This document shows positions 61,156-64,000 of a stretch of DNA of 64,000 nucleotides, one piece after another. Positions within the stretch are counted from its first letter, which is position 1. Each line of letters starts with the position of its first letter. Source of the stretch: Felis catus (taxonomy: Eukaryota); NCBI RefSeq assembly GCF_018350175.1, contig NC_058371.1, positions 200,012,001-200,076,000 on the forward strand, given 5' to 3'. Both the position numbers and the translations under genes were made by a program. The notes beneath the pieces are model-generated. The model saw nothing but the letters and a program-made list of their open reading frames with translations. It had not been told where the DNA came from and did no database searches.

Positions 61156-62181
61156 CCATTTATTAAAATGGAATCCAAGAAACAAAAGCTACTTAAAAAA
61201 ATATAGGGGACTGAAAAGTGCAGTAGAGGAAGAATCTAGCCTCCAAAGAAACCACTGAGGTACATGGCATTATTTGTGCACAATTCTTCCTCTGCTCCCC
61301 ACCTTCCCCATGGCTCGTGGTGGGCAGAGTGCGATCCCAGTGACTTTGGGCTTGGCCATGTGACTTGCTTTGGCCAACAGAACTTCTGTGTGTAAGTGAA
61401 GACATAAGGTGGTAAGAGGAGTGACAAGTTCCTGCCAGACCCTTCTTGCACTTCTGCCATCTGCCAGGAGAAGGGCACAGTTGGGGTGGCCGTTGGTTCC
61501 AGGATGGGGGATCCATGGTGTCCCTGAGAACCCAACCCACAGCCTGAAGCAGACCCACTCCAGTCCTCTCCCTGGGCCCTCAGATCCTTGACCAAGAAAA
61601 ACAAGTGATGCTTGAAGTTTGGGACTGTTTGTTATGCAGCATTATCACAGCATTACAGCATCGATACTGACTAGTACAACCTGCTCCCCACTGTGTAACG
61701 TCCAGCAACTTATTTCATCTTTGTGAGCCTCTAGTTCTCCATCTTTCATAGTAACACCTACATGACTGGTTCCCAAACTTTAGCCATGTGCACACCAGGT
61801 TCAGGAAACTTTCGGCTTTGTCTGCCTATAATCCGTATCATTCTTCCCTTGATACTTTTCTTTAAATCAGTCCACAGTTCCTAGAAATTTAAATGTTCAT
61901 TTTAATCGCACAAGAAACAATAGTACCCACAATGTGCCAGTCATCTCATTTCAAATGCATTAAAATACCTTAAACTTTAACTGTCTATTGCCTATAAAAT
62001 TATCGGTGTATTACCAGTGGCACACATAATATATTGGCCTTTATGGAAGGGTTGTGGTGAGTTATATTAAATGGTCCCCTGAGCAAAGTGCCTGTATCTA
62101 TATTGAGTGTTGTGGTGTTGCTGATGCTGCTGGTGACATAGAACAGAAGTCACATGTGCCCAAGGCAGGGGTGCAACTTAC

Positions 62182-62366
62182 TGATCATGGTGGTCCCGCC
62201 TGCCAGTGCTGCCTTGGTCCCTTGGAAGAAGTCATCAGCAGTTGTCATCCCCTGGGAGGGCTTCTGCAGGTACGTGTTGACATCGATACCTCCGGGAATC
62301 ACCATCCGTCCATTGGCCTCAATGGTCTTCACTCCACCAGGAACTATTAAGTTCTCTCCTATTTGT
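62182..62366 (-). CDS. CRMP1: CRMP1 exon 3, (K)[61 protein letters not shown]
   Basis: 185 bp, gtttccag acceptor, a|gtaagt donor; DVNTYL replaces the metal-binding HxH motif of dihydropyrimidinase, as expected for the CRMP1 pseudoenzyme. Confidence 0.97.
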
Positions 62367-62776
62367 CTGGAAACAACAGAAACGGCCTTGGGTTCTTAAG
62401 AGAAAAACAAATGGCAGTCAACTTTGTGGTGTCAGTTCCACTGGGTAAACATTTCTGAGCCAGGTCCTATGCGGGGCACTGGGTAGACAGAGAAAGCTCA
62501 GGCAGGGTTCCTGCCCTCGAGGGGCTCATGGCCTGAGGAAGGGGAGAGGCATGTGGGCAGGTGGTTACAATCCAGGACAGCAGAGGGGTGGAGGGTATAA
62601 GGTGGGCTGCTTTACCAGCCCAGGTATCTGGGGAGGCTTACGGGGGTTGGTGTCAAAGGGTTCTCAGAACAGCCTGTCCCTCCAGAGTACTTCCCACTCT
62701 TTGTCAACCACTTCAGGGAAACAGAGGACAGTGACTGCAGGAGTAAAGTCCCCTTAGCTCTGCAAACTTTGACAGT

Positions 62777-63177
62777 GCTATGGGCTGAAGTGTGACCCTC
62801 CCAAAAGCTGGATGTTGAAGCCCGACCCAAGGACCTCAGAATGTAACTGTATTTGAAGACTGGGCCTTCACAAAGGCAATTAAGGTAAAATGGGCTATTA
62901 GGGTGGGCCCTAATCCAACAGTGTCTTTGTAAGATTGGTCGGTGTCGTTGTTAGAAGACAAGATCAGGACATAGACCCATACAGAGGATTGATCATGTGA
63001 GAACACGGGGAGAAAACAGCCGTCTACACGCCACGGAGAGAGGCCTCAAAGAAACCCACCTGCTGACATGCTGACCTCAGACTTCCAGCCTCCAGACCCA
63101 TGAAAAAATAGATGTCTGCTGTTTAAACTGCCCAGTATGGGGGGCTTTGTGATGGCACCTGTGGCTAGCTAATACAG
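62777..63177 (+). mobile_element. MLT1A-like solo LTR
   Basis: tgctatgggctgaagtgtg...cctcagaatgtaactgtatttgaaga...gctagctaataca. Confidence 0.85.
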
Positions 63178-63612
63178 ACAAGCAACCAGGATTTTCATTT
63201 TCACTCTCAGGAGCACTGACCTCAGGGAAGCTGCTGAACTCCCCAGTGCCCACAAGAAAAATCCACTAACAGGGTAAAACCTGCCTGGAGGGAATCACAC
63301 TGGGGATGGCAGGGTTTCTCTGCACACGCTGACCATCACCTCTGTTCCCCAATGCACCAGGTGCCTGCAAACTCCCTCCAGAAAGAAGGAAAATCCCAAA
63401 GGCTGGAAGAAGAGAGAAGAGCCCAAGATATTCGAAGCCTTGCCCCTGTGGTGGCAGCTGTGTTTCACCTGCTGGAACCAGAGTCAGGAGACATGGGGGG
63501 CAGAGGGGAGGCTCAGCCAGCACCAGGATAGATACAACAGCCTCCAAGGTCAACGCCTGGTGAAGACCACTGGATCTGAACATGAGCGATTTTTATTAAA
63601 AAAAAAAAATAC

Positions 63613-63772
63613 AGGGGTGCCTGGGTGGCTCAGTTGGTTGAGCATCCGACTTCGACTCAGGTCATGATCTCGCGGTTGGTGGGTTTGAGCCCCGCGTCGG
63701 GCTCTGCTGACCGCTGAGAGCCTGGCGCCTGCTTCGGATTCTGTGGCTCCCTCTCTCTCTGCCCCACCCCCA

Positions 63773-63812
<40 letters not shown>

Positions 63813-63845
63813 AATAAATAAACATTAAAAAAAAATTTTTTTTTA
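63613..63845 (+). mobile_element. Can-SINE with TSD AAAATACAG
   Basis: Full body; the same flank on both sides. Confidence 0.9.
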
Positions 63846-64000
63846 AAATACAGTTGTTCTGAGCTCATCAGCTCAGGCAACAATATCCTAAGTCACGTGA
63901 AAACATCAGTAATGAAGGTACAGGAAAGTGTCGCTCTGGTGACCACCATGCCAGGCCCCCAAAAAGAATCCACCCCCAGGTGGCAGGAACAGAATCCCCT

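Noticed and set aside
16633-62366. Assignment to DPYSL2/3/4 or DPYS instead of CRMP1
   Set aside because: [36 protein letters not shown] and the linkage to EVC are specific to CRMP1.
62400-64000. CRMP1 exon 2 or alternative first exons, and (at 1-1700) EVC exon 16
   Set aside because: No matching coding sequence found; these exons lie outside the window.

Overview
Mammalian (felid, most likely domestic cat) genomic DNA, judged from the abundant carnivore tRNA-derived Can-SINEs, including near-consensus felid-type copies. Two convergent genes reconstruct with canonical GT-AG boundaries and consistent phase. EVC (Ellis-van Creveld ciliary complex subunit 1) contributes its last five coding exons on + (1710-9922). 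CRMP1/DPYSL1 contributes exons 3-14 on - (62366 down to the stop at 16633; poly(A) signals near 15670-15684). CRMP1 exon lengths total 1591 nt, so a 572-aa CDS lacks exactly 128 nt (exons 1-2, beyond the window). The rest is intronic/intergenic: about 30 Can-SINEs, MaLR (MLT1) LTRs and two MaLR elements with internal sequence, three ERV-type solo LTRs, hAT MITEs, old L1/L2/MIR pieces, a 34-bp x13 VNTR and microsatellites. I found no new protein-coding gene, no prokaryotic-type system and no CRISPR array. The best leads are regulatory or splicing features: a near-consensus CTCF motif inside the last CRMP1 coding exon; a 5'-truncated LTR with four CCAAT hairpin repeats pointing into the CRMP1 3' end; two related solo LTRs with 6-bp TSDs; a candidate in-frame alternative EVC terminal exon inside CRMP1 intron 13; a second GTAAGT donor adding 12 aa to CRMP1 exon 11; and a switchable hairpin over the CRMP1 exon 10 donor. 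All are unvalidated inferences from sequence. Gene and repeat names come from remembered sequences, not database searches, and repeat boundaries are approximate unless a TSD is given.
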